A stretch of DNA of 64,000 nt from Promethearchaeota archaeon (GCA_048938855.1 JBHLLT010000016.1:123-64122), one strand, 5' to 3'. Counted from the stretch's first letter, positions 51,042-61,122 are shown. The notes: generated from the sequence alone by a model not told the origin. Made by a program: numbers and translations.

Positions 51042-52610
51042 TTAAACTCTTTCTATAACCATCCCACCTAATCGAATAGGTCCCCCGGTTGCATTATATA
51101 CCTTTTCTGCTTTCCTTAATTTTGATTCACTATGAGAATAGATTCTAAAAACTAATTCTCCTTCTTTTACTTTTGCTCCTTGTTTTTTAATTATTTCAAT
51201 TCCAGATGTTCTGGAACTAGGACATCCTGCTGTTTTTGCTATTTGATTTATTATTGAGTTATTTACTTCTACTATATAACCTTCTTTAGAACTGAAAAAT
51301 TCCTTGATATTAGGGCCGAGTTTTATATCTTCAGGTGTTATTTCAGGATTTCCTCCTTGAGCTTTAATAATTTTTTTCATCTTTTCATAAGCTTTCCCGG
51401 ATCGTAGTATTTCTTTAGCCATAGTCTGCCCCATACCCTTTTGAGCTTTACCACTCATTTCTAAAATTATTCCTGCTAAATCTGTAGATTTTTCTATTAA
51501 AGAATTGGGTCCAGCCGAGTAATCACGTAATAGAGTAAGTGCTTCTTTAGCTTCTAAAGCAGGACCTACAGCATGGCCGATAGGTTGATTAGCTAGTGTA
51601 AGTGCACATTCAGCCTCAATTCCTACGTTAGCTGCAATTTCTTTAAATATATATGCAAATTGTTTTCCTTTATCGGGTGTCGCAAATTTAGTTCCCTCTC
51701 CCACAGGTATATCAAGTACTAGCTTTTTTACTCCTAATGAAAGTTTTTTTGTTAGGATAGAAGGAATCATAAGACCAACTGGGTCCATATGTAAAGGTCG
51801 TTCAATCTCAATTAATATATTATCTGCTGGGGCTGTTTCCAGAGCACCACCCCATATTAGGCATGCATTCTCTTCAGCTACAATTTTATTTAATTCTTCT
51901 GGTGTAAAAGCAACAGGAGCTAATGCTTCCATAGAATCTGCTGTGCCTGAAGGTGAAGTTATAGCTCTTGTTGAAGATTTTGGTATTGTTAAGCCAGCAG
52001 CAGCTACAATTGGTACGATAATTAAAGAAACCTTATTCCCGGGAACGCCACCTTTTAGCAAGATTTACGAACTGTAGATCTTAGTGCTATGTTTATCGTA
52101 GACGTCCATCCCGAAATAAAAAATCTCTCCACTACGTGTTTCTGCTAATGTTAAAGCTGTCATTTCCTCATTATCCATCCCATTTATCGAAACTCCAGTA
52201 ATGAATGCTGCTAGATCGATTCGAGATAAAGAACCAGAAACTGCATCTGTGATGATTCCGTTTATTTCTTCACTTGTTAACTTTAATCCTTTTATTTTCT
52301 TCTGAATGAATTTAAATGAATCAGGTGGATCAGCAGGTTTTATAGAAACTGCAGCTCCATTTGTTAATTCTTTTTTTTCCCTTAAGAGATTTTTAAATAC
52401 TCCAATTTCTCCTGGTTCAACAATAGTACCTAAATAGTCAATTTGGATAATTGCGACCCAAAATTTCTCTTGAATAGATTTTGACTTTATATTTTTTACA
52501 TAGACGCGTTCTCCTGCTTTCTGTCCTAATTCTGCGGCATCATTAATATTTAAAACAACATCCTTAGCATTACCGGTTTCAAAATTAATTTGTTTAACTT
52601 TTAATTTCAT
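51042..52610 (-). CDS. AMP phosphorylase / thymidine phosphorylase family protein, interrupted by a 30-nt in-frame insertion containing TAA
   Basis: Track ORFs 52065-52610 and 51042-52061 are in the same frame. Together they read ...VYDKHST[KIYSS*ILLK]GGVPGNKVSLIIVPIVAAAGLTIPKSSTRAITSPSGTADSMEA..., that is the family motif DKHS(T/I)GGVPGNK split by 10 codons. The product is about 512 aa without the insert. Confidence 0.8.
52053..52083 (-). other. candidate bulge-helix-bulge (BHB) intervening sequence within the AMP phosphorylase mRNA
   Basis: On the - strand the RNA is CA[UAGC](ACU)[AAGAUCUAC]AGUUC[GUAAAUCUU][GCUA](AAA)GGUGGC. This gives a 4-bp central helix flanked by two 3-nt bulges on opposite strands, plus an inner helix with 8 of 9 pairs. 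Cutting after the second nt of each bulge removes exactly 30 nt. Confidence 0.45.
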
Positions 52611-52721
52611 TTTTAATAAACAATTGTTTGTGTATAGTATTAATTAAAAAAGGAGTACAGAAAAAATTAATCATAAATTTAAAAATTTTTTTTAAAAAGA
52701 GATATAAATTACATATGAAAT

Positions 52722-54020
52722 TTATAATTTTATGGAAAGCGGGAACTCTTTAATTTCTCCAATTTGGTTTTGATCTGGATCTTTAAAGGTAATTTTTATT
52801 TTTATTACATAATCTCCTGCTTCTATAGGCTTAAGGTTAATCTCCCATTTCATATTTTCATTTGATCTAAGTGAATAAATTTGTTTTTTTAAAGTACCTC
52901 TCATAACTTTAAGATTTTCAGGAAAATTAATTTCAATGTTAAGATCCAAAGCTTCACCTTCACTTTTATTTTCAATAAGAATCTCTAGAGGAAAAGATTG
53001 GCCAATTAAAGGAGGTCTTAGTTTTTTCATGGAAATTTCCAACGTTGGAGGAGGCGATATTAAAGTTGGGTAGAGTATTTCGGTGTGTTCATAGGAAAAA
53101 TTCAATTTTCCATTGATTTCTGAAGTTAAAACAGTTGGTCCAATTGTTGGATTTTCCATTTGAAAATGTGGCTTGATTAATAGAGGTAATTGATAAGTCT
53201 GACCTGGTTTTAAAATAATTGGTAAATCTGGTTTTTTATGAAGTGTAAAATTGTCAGTTAGTTGAAGCCCAATTTTAGTAATTTTTAATTCATTTATGGT
53301 ATAATTGTAAAAAGATTGTTGCGTAATATCTAAGAGAGGGTTTGTATCGATATCCATTGTTACAGTTATAACATCATTGGTTGTGTATAGATCTTTATCT
53401 AAAGTCATTTTCGTGATTAATGAAACAATAGTTTTAGCGATTACTACTGCTGATTTTACTAAATTCGTCTCACCCTCATATAAATTTAAATTACCAAAAT
53501 TTGATTCAATTTTTTTAACATAATTTTGCTTTTTATCTTTTGTGGCAACTGTTAGATCTTTAATTAACTTAATTAAAGGACTCTCTTTAAAGTAATTATC
53601 CTCTACAGAACTCTTTATTTTTTTTACAACATTTAATCCTTCTTCTTGCTTTCCTTCTATAAACAAACATAAGTAGGATAAAGATGAAAAAATCACGAAA
53701 AAATGATTTTGGTCTGAAATATTACTAAGGCTAGGAATGTAATTAAGTGATTCTTTATAGTATTGATAAGCCTCAGAAAAGTTATTAATCAGAAGAGAAG
53801 AATTTCCAGCATTCCTTAAAAATTCTAAGCCGTTTAGATATTTATCTTCATTAAAAGCACTTTTAGCAGCGTTAAAAAAGCAGTCTGTTGCAATTTCATA
53901 ATTTCCTAGTTCTAAGAAATTAATACCAGCGTTATTGTATAGTTTTGCTGCTCGTTTATATTGCATTGCTTGATATAATTGCTCTGCTTTAGCTAATTGT
54001 TTTTGAGGATCTTTTCCCAT
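52722..54020 (-). CDS. hypothetical protein (TPR-like N-terminal half, beta-sandwich-like C-terminal half)
   Basis: 432 aa. The N-terminus has TPR-like helices (AEQLYQAMQYKRAAKLYNNAGINFLELGNYEIATDCF). The C-terminal part is rich in beta-strand patterns resembling CARDB/DUF11-type domains, which is a weak call. Confidence 0.55.
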   Translation of the reverse strand: MGKDPQKQLAKAEQLYQAMQYKRAAKLYNNAGINFLELGNYEIATDCFFNAAKSAFNEDKYLNGLEFLRNAGNSSLLINNFSEAYQYYKESLNYIPSLSNISDQNHFFVIFSSLSYLCLFIEGKQEEGLNVVKKIKSSVEDNYFKESPLIKLIKDLTVATKDKKQNYVKKIESNFGNLNLYEGETNLVKSAVVIAKTIVSLITKMTLDKDLYTTNDVITVTMDIDTNPLLDITQQSFYNYTINELKITKIGLQLTDNFTLHKKPDLPIILKPGQTYQLPLLIKPHFQMENPTIGPTVLTSEINGKLNFSYEHTEILYPTLISPPPTLEISMKKLRPPLIGQSFPLEILIENKSEGEALDLNIEINFPENLKVMRGTLKKQIYSLRSNENMKWEINLKPIEAGDYVIKIKITFKDPDQNQIGEIKEFPLSIKL

Positions 54021-54120
54021 CTAAAATTCACATAAAATAAAGTTATTAATAAATATGAAAATAATTTTTAAAATAAAAAGTTAAAAGAAAGATAAATAAT
54101 ATTTCTAAAAAATTAAAAAT

Positions 54121-54162
54121 ATTAAATTCCGAAAACCTTCACAAGGTTAGTCTCCATTCAAC
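54121..54162 (-). promoter_or_regulatory. candidate SECIS-like stem-loop in the 3' UTR of the hdrA-mvhD operon
   Basis: On the - strand the RNA is GUUGAAU-GGA-GA(CU)AACCUU-GUG-AAGGUU(U)UC-GGA-AUUUAAU. It has a 7-bp lower stem, a symmetric GGA/GGA internal loop (potential tandem G.A pairs) and an upper helix. It begins 24 nt after the mvhD stop codon and is the only G/C-containing structured element in this spacer. Confidence 0.3.
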
Positions 54163-54186
54163 TATAATTTGTTTGAAAAGATCATT

Positions 54187-54657
54187 CTATTCGGTTTTAT
54201 TATTTTTAGATTCTTTCTCCTGTTTTTTAGAAGAATTAGAATCTTTTAAAGGATTGCTACCTAAATTTTTGATTGTTTCTGAAATGCGAGTTGCTTCAGT
54301 TTGAAAACGTTGACCTTCAGCCGCACTACAGTGAAACATTTGAATTCTTTCAGGTGAAATTCCTATAGTTTTTAAAATTTCTTTTGCATAAGTCACATTT
54401 CTTTCAGCTACCAAATTACCCGTTTCATAATCACATTCACCTTTGTATCAAGCTCCAATAACAACACCGTCTGCACCTTTACCTATAGCACGCATCATCA
54501 ATGAGGGAGTAACTCGTCCAGAACAATTAATCCTTACGGGTCTCAGTGTAGCAGGATATTGCGCTCGAATTGTTCCAGCCATATCTCCTGCTCCATATCC
54601 TCATTTCCAACATAAGAACGCTAAAATTTTAATATCTCCATTAGAACTTACGGTCAT
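54187..54657 (-). CDS. mvhD: MvhD/VhuD-like (methyl-viologen-reducing hydrogenase delta subunit family) selenoprotein with two in-frame UGA codons
   Basis: The ATG at 54657 gives MTVSSNGDIKILAFLCWK-U-GYGAGDMAG...INCSGRV...GADGVVIGA-U-YKGECDYETGN..., continuous with track ORF 54187-54414. The TGA codons at 54601-54603 and 54448-54450 align with the Cys of the family motifs CxWC.Y.G.D and GC..G.C.Y. Confidence 0.8.
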
Positions 54658-54670
54658 ATTTTTCACCTCT

Positions 54671-56653
54671 TTAAATTTCCTCCAAAATTGCGTCTATTTG
54701 TTTTTCATATTGAGGTTCTCTGTAATATCTAAGCGTTATAGCCTCTGAAGGACAATTCGCTAAACATGTTCCACAACCCCTACATAAGATTTCATTTACT
54801 TCTGCTCCATCATCTCCTAGGGTTATAGCATTATAGGGGCAATTCAATTCACATAAACCACATTTAGCACATCGTTCTTTATTAACAGCAGCCCTGATCA
54901 GTAAAATTCGATATTTATCTTTGCCCATAAGTCTTGCGAGTGAAGATGCTGCAGCTCTACCTTGAGCTATAGACTCAACTATAGATTTTGGACCTTGACT
55001 AACTCCTGCAAGAACGATTCCCGGAATTTTTGTATCAATGGGATTTAGTCTTGCATGAAATTCTTTAAAGAAGCCATCTTGGCTTGTTTCTAATTTAAGT
55101 ATCTTTTCTATTTTTTTAACTCCGATAGCTGGTACCATTGAAGCTGAAAGTATAACCAAATCAAATTCTAGTTCTTTTAGTCCACTTGAACCTAATGTGT
55201 TCTGCATGATTATTTTTAAATTGTGTGTCTCTGGGTCTTCTTTAATCCTACTAATATTCGTCCTTATATATTTTATTCCTTCCTGTCTTGAAAGTGTAAA
55301 GTATTCTTCATAATCTTTACCAGCAGCTCGCATATCCATATACGCAACTGAGATATCCGCCTCGGGGTAATGTTGTTTAATTAATTTACTATTTTTAATA
55401 GAAATCATACAACATACTCCTGCACTACAATAAGTATTCATATTAAGATCTCTTGAGCCAACGCATTGAATAAATAATATTCTCTTCGGTTCTTTTCCAT
55501 CCGAAGGTCTTTTTAAATGTCCTATCGTAGGGCCGTTTGGGGCTAACATTCTTTCAAGCTTTAATTGAGTTATTACATTAGGATATTTATTATATCCTAA
55601 ATAACCTGTTGGTGGTTCAAATTCATCCCAACCAGTTGCAACAATAATCGATCCCACTTCTACTTCAACGATTTCATCTTGTTGATCAAAATCAATCGCA
55701 TTTACCTCACAAGCAACTTTACATAATTCGCATTTTATACATCGATCCATATCAATTTGAGCTAATGAAGGAACTGCTTGTGCAAACGCTATATAAATAG
55801 CTTTCCTCGGATCCATCCCTTCGTTGAATTCATTATATCCATATGCAGGACACACTTCAAAACAGGCACCACATCCGTTGCAATCATTTGTTACATAACG
55901 AGCTCTTTTTCTTATCTTTACTTTGAAATTACCGACAAATCCAGAAACCTCATCAACTTCACTATATGTGTATAAATTTAGATCTGGAGTTCTTGATGCT
56001 TGTAGCATCACAGGACCTAATATTCATATACTACAATCATCAGTGGGAAATGTTCGATCTAATTTAGCCATTTTACCTCCTATCGTAGGACTTTTTTCTA
56101 CGAGATGCACTTCAAATCCTTCCTCAGCAAGATCAATCCCTGCTGATAGACCAGCAACACCACCACCAATAATTAATGCTTTTTTTGTAATATCGACTTC
56201 TTTGACTAGAATCTTTTCTAAAACAGCAGCTCTAGCGACAGCAGATCGAATTATATCTTCCGCAACCTTTTGAGCACCAACCTCATCTTGTTTATGGACA
56301 AAACTAGAATGTTCGCGAATATTAGCAAATTCGAGATATGATTGGTCTAATCCCATTGATTCTAGTACACTTTTGAAAACGGGTTCATGAGTTTTTGGAG
56401 TGCAGGATACCACAACTAATCTATTTGCTTTGCTTTCAATCATTTTTTCTTTGATATACTCTGCCCCGGGTTCTGTACAAAGACTAATGTAATCCAATGA
56501 TTCAACAACATTAGGAAGGGTTTTTGAATATTCCGCTAAATTTTTAGTGTCGATGACCCCTGCGATGTTGATACCTCATTGGCAAATGAATACGGCAATC
56601 CTAGGTGTTAATTCTTCGTCATATTGTACTGTTTCGTCTTTAGTTTCTACCAT
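54671..56653 (-). CDS. hdrA: heterodisulfide reductase subunit A (HdrA) selenoprotein with two in-frame UGA codons
   Basis: A single frame runs from the ATG at 56653. It reads MVETKDETVQYDEELTPRIAVFICQ-U-GINIAGVID (TGA at 56576-56578; the family motif is VCHCG.NI), then GGGVAGLSAG (FAD), then DRTFPTDDCSI-U-ILGPVM (TGA at 56024-56026; the family motif is FPT.DCS.CIL.P). It then continues into track ORF 54671-56011 with several CxxCxxCxxxCP ferredoxin motifs. The total of 660 aa is the typical HdrA length. Confidence 0.85.
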
Positions 56654-56861
56654 TGCTTATTACCTTTTGATTTATTCTTGGTATTTTCCTCCAAATTGTT
56701 TATTTTAATAATGATGAAAATACAAATGATTTAATCTAATTAAATAAATTTAAATCAAAAATGTTTCTTATATCTTTTATAATATTATCAGTTAAAAACC
56801 ATATTTATGATAAGACAATTTTTAAAAAATTAAAAGAAACTTCAAAATTAAGGTAATACTT

Positions 56862-57278
56862 ATGCTTTTTCAATTTCCTCTAAGTCAAGGGATGATTGAG
56901 ATTATTATCGCCGCTTGTTTACTTGTCGTTGATATATTTATTTTAAAGATAGGTTTAGCTATAACCAAAGCTCAAGAAAAAACTAATTTTAAATGGGTTG
57001 CAGGTAGTTTTGGCATACAATTTGCTTTAATATTCTTTATTAGTACACCCATGATATTAGGTGGTTGGACAGGTCAATTTTCTACTGGAGATCCATTGAC
57101 ATTCATTCCATTGATAAGTCTTACAGTTGTCTTTTGTACATTTATTGATTTACACGTTATAAATATCATTCATAAAATTGGAATGGGGAAAGCATTGATA
57201 ATTGCGATATTGATCTTAGGTCCTGTTACTTATGCTATGTATCTTTTAGGTTCGAATCTAGGATCTCTGGTTGGATAA
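56862..57278 (+). CDS. small integral membrane protein
   Basis: 138 aa with 4 predicted hydrophobic helices. Confidence 0.5.
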   Translation: MLFQFPLSQGMIEIIIAACLLVVDIFILKIGLAITKAQEKTNFKWVAGSFGIQFALIFFISTPMILGGWTGQFSTGDPLTFIPLISLTVVFCTFIDLHVINIIHKIGMGKALIIAILILGPVTYAMYLLGSNLGSLVG

Positions 57279-57289
57279 ATCAAAAAAAA

Positions 57290-58207
57290 TTAAAAACCAA
57301 TCTCTTTATTGATTTTTGTATTCATATCGATAATTTCCTCTCTAGCTGCATTCCCAAAATTTTCAGGAGGTATGTCTTTCTTCTTACTATAAGCAAAAAT
57401 AATCCCTCTTGATGAATTTACAAGACCTCCTAAGCCATTCTGATAAAATCCGTCTTTTATATCCTTCGCTTGAGCACCTTGAGCACTATAACCAGGAATT
57501 AAAATAAATGAATTCTTTACTACTTCACGAATTTTTCTTAATTCATGAGGGTAGGTTGCTCCAACAACTGCCCCGATACTTGTAAAATCAGAAAATTTAG
57601 GTAATTTTTGACTCCATTTATAAATCAATTCTGCCATTTGGAGATAATTTCTTTTTAATACTTGAGATTTGACTTCCATTTCAGTAATTTCATGTGAAAC
57701 ATCTATACTTATGCTAAACAGATCTTGAAAGTCTTTACTACTTGGATTTGAAGTCTTTGCAAGTACAAATATCCCTTTTTCTTTGAAATCAAAAAAGGGT
57801 TTAACACCATCAAAACCCAAATACCCATTTACCGTACATGCATCGGCATTAAGATTTTTAAATAAATTATAAGCATAAGCTTCCGAAGTGCTTCCAATAT
57901 CATTACGTTTGGCATCTAATATTACTAATAAATCTTTTTTATGAGCAAATTTTATAGTTTCCTTTAAAGCGTCTATAGCTTCATATTTTTCATAAAAAGC
58001 AATCTGAGGTTTAACAACTGGTATTAGATCATATGAATTTTCAATTAATATTTTGTTAAATTCAAGAATAATTTTGTTTGGATGATCAAATTCTTTGATC
58101 AGATAATGAGGAATTTCTCCTTCTTTATCCATTCTAGGATCAAGCCCCATAGAGATTACTGATTTTTTCTCTTTAATAATTTGAATTAAGTCCTCAATAA
58201 AATTCAT
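57290..58207 (-). CDS. pyrF: orotidine 5'-phosphate decarboxylase (type 2)
   Basis: 305 aa. SMGLDPR, VILDAKRNDIGSTSEAYA and VNGYLG are type-2 PyrF motifs. Confidence 0.85.
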   Translation of the reverse strand: MNFIEDLIQIIKEKKSVISMGLDPRMDKEGEIPHYLIKEFDHPNKIILEFNKILIENSYDLIPVVKPQIAFYEKYEAIDALKETIKFAHKKDLLVILDAKRNDIGSTSEAYAYNLFKNLNADACTVNGYLGFDGVKPFFDFKEKGIFVLAKTSNPSSKDFQDLFSISIDVSHEITEMEVKSQVLKRNYLQMAELIYKWSQKLPKFSDFTSIGAVVGATYPHELRKIREVVKNSFILIPGYSAQGAQAKDIKDGFYQNGLGGLVNSSRGIIFAYSKKKDIPPENFGNAAREEIIDMNTKINKEIGF

Positions 58208-58451
58208 AGTAAGTAAGATTTAATATTTAATACAAAATCAGATTTCATAAAATAAAATCTTTATTAGTTAAAATTAATTATTGTTAAAAATTGTCGTTCT
58301 GTATTGAAAAGGCTGTAAATATTTATTCTTAATTAGAAATTAATTATAATATCGTTTGATAATTAAACCAAAAAAAAAAACCTAATTAATTAATTATTAT
58401 CATATGTACATAATTTTTGCGAAAAACAAACTTACTTAATAAGGAGATTTT

Positions 58452-58895
58452 ATGGAAAAAATAATAAAAAATTCATTTCTTTCTATTCTAATTGTTTTAA
58501 TAGTAATGTATTCAATCAGTATTCCACTAGCAATAATATTTTCTGATAATGTTCAAATATTATCTCTCTTACAAATTTTTAATTTAGTCATAATGTTCTC
58601 TATTGTAGTGTTTATATTGATAATTTTAATTTACATTATTCTAAACAAATCCACTAAATTAATTAAAATAGAAAAAAATTTACTTCTAGGTTATATTGGT
58701 GTAAACTTTATGTTTATTTTTGTAATGCTTTTCTTATATATTTGTGATGTATCCAATATATTTCAAGGTTCAGTACTATTATATGCAATTATTGGAATGG
58801 TATATGTAATATTTTGCGGATTGTTTATTATTGTGTTAACTTCAATAAGAATGAAAAAAAATATGACTAAAATACGTAAAAAATCTAAATTATAA
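58452..58895 (+). CDS. small integral membrane protein
   Basis: 147 aa with 4 hydrophobic helices and a basic C-terminus. Confidence 0.5.
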   Translation: MEKIIKNSFLSILIVLIVMYSISIPLAIIFSDNVQILSLLQIFNLVIMFSIVVFILIILIYIILNKSTKLIKIEKNLLLGYIGVNFMFIFVMLFLYICDVSNIFQGSVLLYAIIGMVYVIFCGLFIIVLTSIRMKKNMTKIRKKSKL

Positions 58896-58919
58896 GGTCA
58901 GTCTCTTCTTTTATATTGT

Positions 58920-60287
58920 TTATTTTTCTTCAAAATCATTTTCACTTAACTCATCCATAATCTTATAGATTTCATCTATTAAGTCATCTAAAGCTATAGT
59001 TTTTTGTTCTTGCGAGAACATATTCTTAATTGTAACTTTTTTTTCTGAGAGTTCTTCAGGTCCTAAAATTAATACGATGGTAATTCCTAATTCACTTGCT
59101 CTTTTTATCTGATTCTTTAGATTCTTAAATCTATAATCAATAATACATGGAAAGTCTTCATCTCGAATAATCCTAGCTATTTCAAAAGCATAAGTGGAGA
59201 GATCTTCACTTATTGATGCTATGTATATTGTATCACTATAATCTTTCTCTTTAATTTCTTCTGGAATTAGATTATATGTCTTTAAAAATAATGAAATGGT
59301 ATAAACTCCCATTCCAAATCCTGTACCAGTTATTTTTTCATCTGAGAATATTGATAATAAATCATCATATCGCCCCCCACCAAATATACTCCTAATATTT
59401 TCTTTTCCAGTATCAAATACTTCATAAATAATACCTGTGTAGTAATCAAGCCCTCTTACTGTGCCAGAAGAAAAGGTACAATAATTAGATATATTCACTT
59501 CATTAATGAGTTTTTCAAAAGTAGTTATTTCGATATAACCCTCAGATTTATAAAATTCTTCTGGAATAGAATCAAATTTATTTAATAATTCCTTAACGTT
59601 TTTAGCATCCCTCAATTTATATATTCCTTGAATAGTAAATTCATCTTGAAATATATCAACTATGTATTTTTCAAACTCCGTTTCTTCCATTTTACCTGAT
59701 TTATCTAAAACTTTATACACAATAGGTAATTTTTCTTCATTAATTTTAAGGATAACCTTACACACTGAATCCATAAATCTTCGACTGTTATAATAGATTT
59801 GAAATTGGCGAGAATTGGCACCAAATTCAGTAAAAATATCTACAATTATATTGAATATTTCAAGATCTGCATAAAGGCTCTCTTCACCTAGAATATCAAC
59901 ATTAGGTTGTTTGAATGCCCTTCGTCGCCCCCTTTGTGGCCTCTCATATCTAAAACATGTTGGAACTGAAAACCATCTAATAGGCTTTTTTAATTCTTGA
60001 TTCCTTGCAGCAACCATACGAGCCAAAGAAGGTGTAAGTTCAGGAATTAAAATAAGTCGTTCTCCTTTTTTCTTTTCAATAATAAAAGATTGTTCATTAA
60101 CTAATTCATCAGAAGATTTTGCAGCAAAAATTTCGATTGGTTCTAATTGTGGAGTTTCATATTCTTCATATGAATATCTCTCTACCACATCTCTTATAGT
60201 TTCAATTATCCAATTTACTTCGCGTAATTCTGGAGGATAATAATCATCCATACCTCTTAGGGGCTCCTTTGAAAACTTCTTTGACAT
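58920..60287 (-). CDS. hisS: histidine--tRNA ligase
   Basis: 455 aa. GMDDYYP, class II motif 2 (CFRYERPQRGRRRAFKQ) and motif 3 (GGGRYDDL) are present. Confidence 0.9.
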   Translation of the reverse strand: MSKKFSKEPLRGMDDYYPPELREVNWIIETIRDVVERYSYEEYETPQLEPIEIFAAKSSDELVNEQSFIIEKKKGERLILIPELTPSLARMVAARNQELKKPIRWFSVPTCFRYERPQRGRRRAFKQPNVDILGEESLYADLEIFNIIVDIFTEFGANSRQFQIYYNSRRFMDSVCKVILKINEEKLPIVYKVLDKSGKMEETEFEKYIVDIFQDEFTIQGIYKLRDAKNVKELLNKFDSIPEEFYKSEGYIEITTFEKLINEVNISNYCTFSSGTVRGLDYYTGIIYEVFDTGKENIRSIFGGGRYDDLLSIFSDEKITGTGFGMGVYTISLFLKTYNLIPEEIKEKDYSDTIYIASISEDLSTYAFEIARIIRDEDFPCIIDYRFKNLKNQIKRASELGITIVLILGPEELSEKKVTIKNMFSQEQKTIALDDLIDEIYKIMDELSENDFEEK

Positions 60288-60450
60288 GCACTCACAGATA
60301 TTTTTTTATTTTAAATTAAATCTTAAAAAGAAAGTTCGCAAATATTTTTTACGATCTAACAATAAGCTTTTTCTAATTTACTATATGTAAATAAATAATA
60401 TTTTAATTGAATTTTAATTATGATTTGATTAATTAATTGGAGAGATTTGA

Positions 60451-61095
60451 ATGTCAGATGATACCTTTTATAACGAAATTTCAGATGCTATTGTAAACCT
60501 TGATGAAGAAAAAGCCATTGAATATGCAAATAAGGCCATAATTGAAAATATGAATTTAATTGAGGTTATCGAAAAAGGTTTTGCTGAAGGAATTCGAACT
60601 ATTGGAGAATTATGGGAAGACGGTGAATATTTCTTACCAGAACTAATGCGAGGTGCACAAATAATGCAAAATTGTTTAGATCTTCTCATACCTCATCTTC
60701 AAAACTCCTCAGCACAAATTTCAAGGGGTAAAGTAGTTATAGCAACCATTGAGGGGGATATTCACTCAATTGGAAAAACAATTGTAGCTACAATGTTAAG
60801 AGCTTATGGGTATGAAGTTTATGATTTAGGAGCGGATGTTCCCGTCGAGAAAATTGTAGAAGAAGCTATTGAGAAAGAAGCAGATATCATTGGGGTTTCA
60901 GCCTTATTAACAACCACCATGACGAGTCAGAAGAAAGTTATTGAGCTTTTAAAAGAGAAAAATGTAGCTAATAAATTCAAAGTTATTCTTGGTGGTGCTC
61001 CTGTAACAAATTCATGGGTAGAAGAGTGTAACGCTGATGGTTTTGCAGAAAATGCAATAGAAGCGGTTAAATTGGTAAAATCTCTTTTAAGTTAG
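60451..61095 (+). CDS. cobalamin-binding corrinoid protein (methyltransferase cognate corrinoid protein)
   Basis: 214 aa. It has an N-terminal helical cap, then the B12-binding motif EGDIHSIGK (DxHxxG), SALLTTT and LGGAP. Confidence 0.85.
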   Translation: MSDDTFYNEISDAIVNLDEEKAIEYANKAIIENMNLIEVIEKGFAEGIRTIGELWEDGEYFLPELMRGAQIMQNCLDLLIPHLQNSSAQISRGKVVIATIEGDIHSIGKTIVATMLRAYGYEVYDLGADVPVEKIVEEAIEKEADIIGVSALLTTTMTSQKKVIELLKEKNVANKFKVILGGAPVTNSWVEECNADGFAENAIEAVKLVKSLLS

Positions 61096-61122
61096 TAAAA
61101 CTTTTTTTCAGAGGTAGTTCTT

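Noticed and set aside
51042-52610. The AMP phosphorylase could be a genuinely split two-gene enzyme, with the TTG at 52061 as the start of the second half.
   Set aside because: This is not fully excluded, but it is disfavoured. The break lies inside the invariant HSTGG motif, the two parts are in the same frame, and the intervening 30 nt fold into a BHB-like structure whose excision restores the motif exactly.
54443-56273. Plus-strand ORFs 54443-54748 and 55923-56273.
   Set aside because: They are antisense to the strongly supported mvhD and hdrA coding sequences. Their low-complexity translations show no motifs.
54671-56497. Track ORFs 54671-56011 and 56024-56497 (and 54187-54414) could be read as separate small genes or as a decayed hdrA/mvhD pseudogene.
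   Set aside because: All pieces are in one frame per gene. The only interruptions are TGA codons that fall exactly on conserved Cys positions, and the reconstructed lengths (660 and 156 aa) are normal. Sec recoding is therefore the better explanation.
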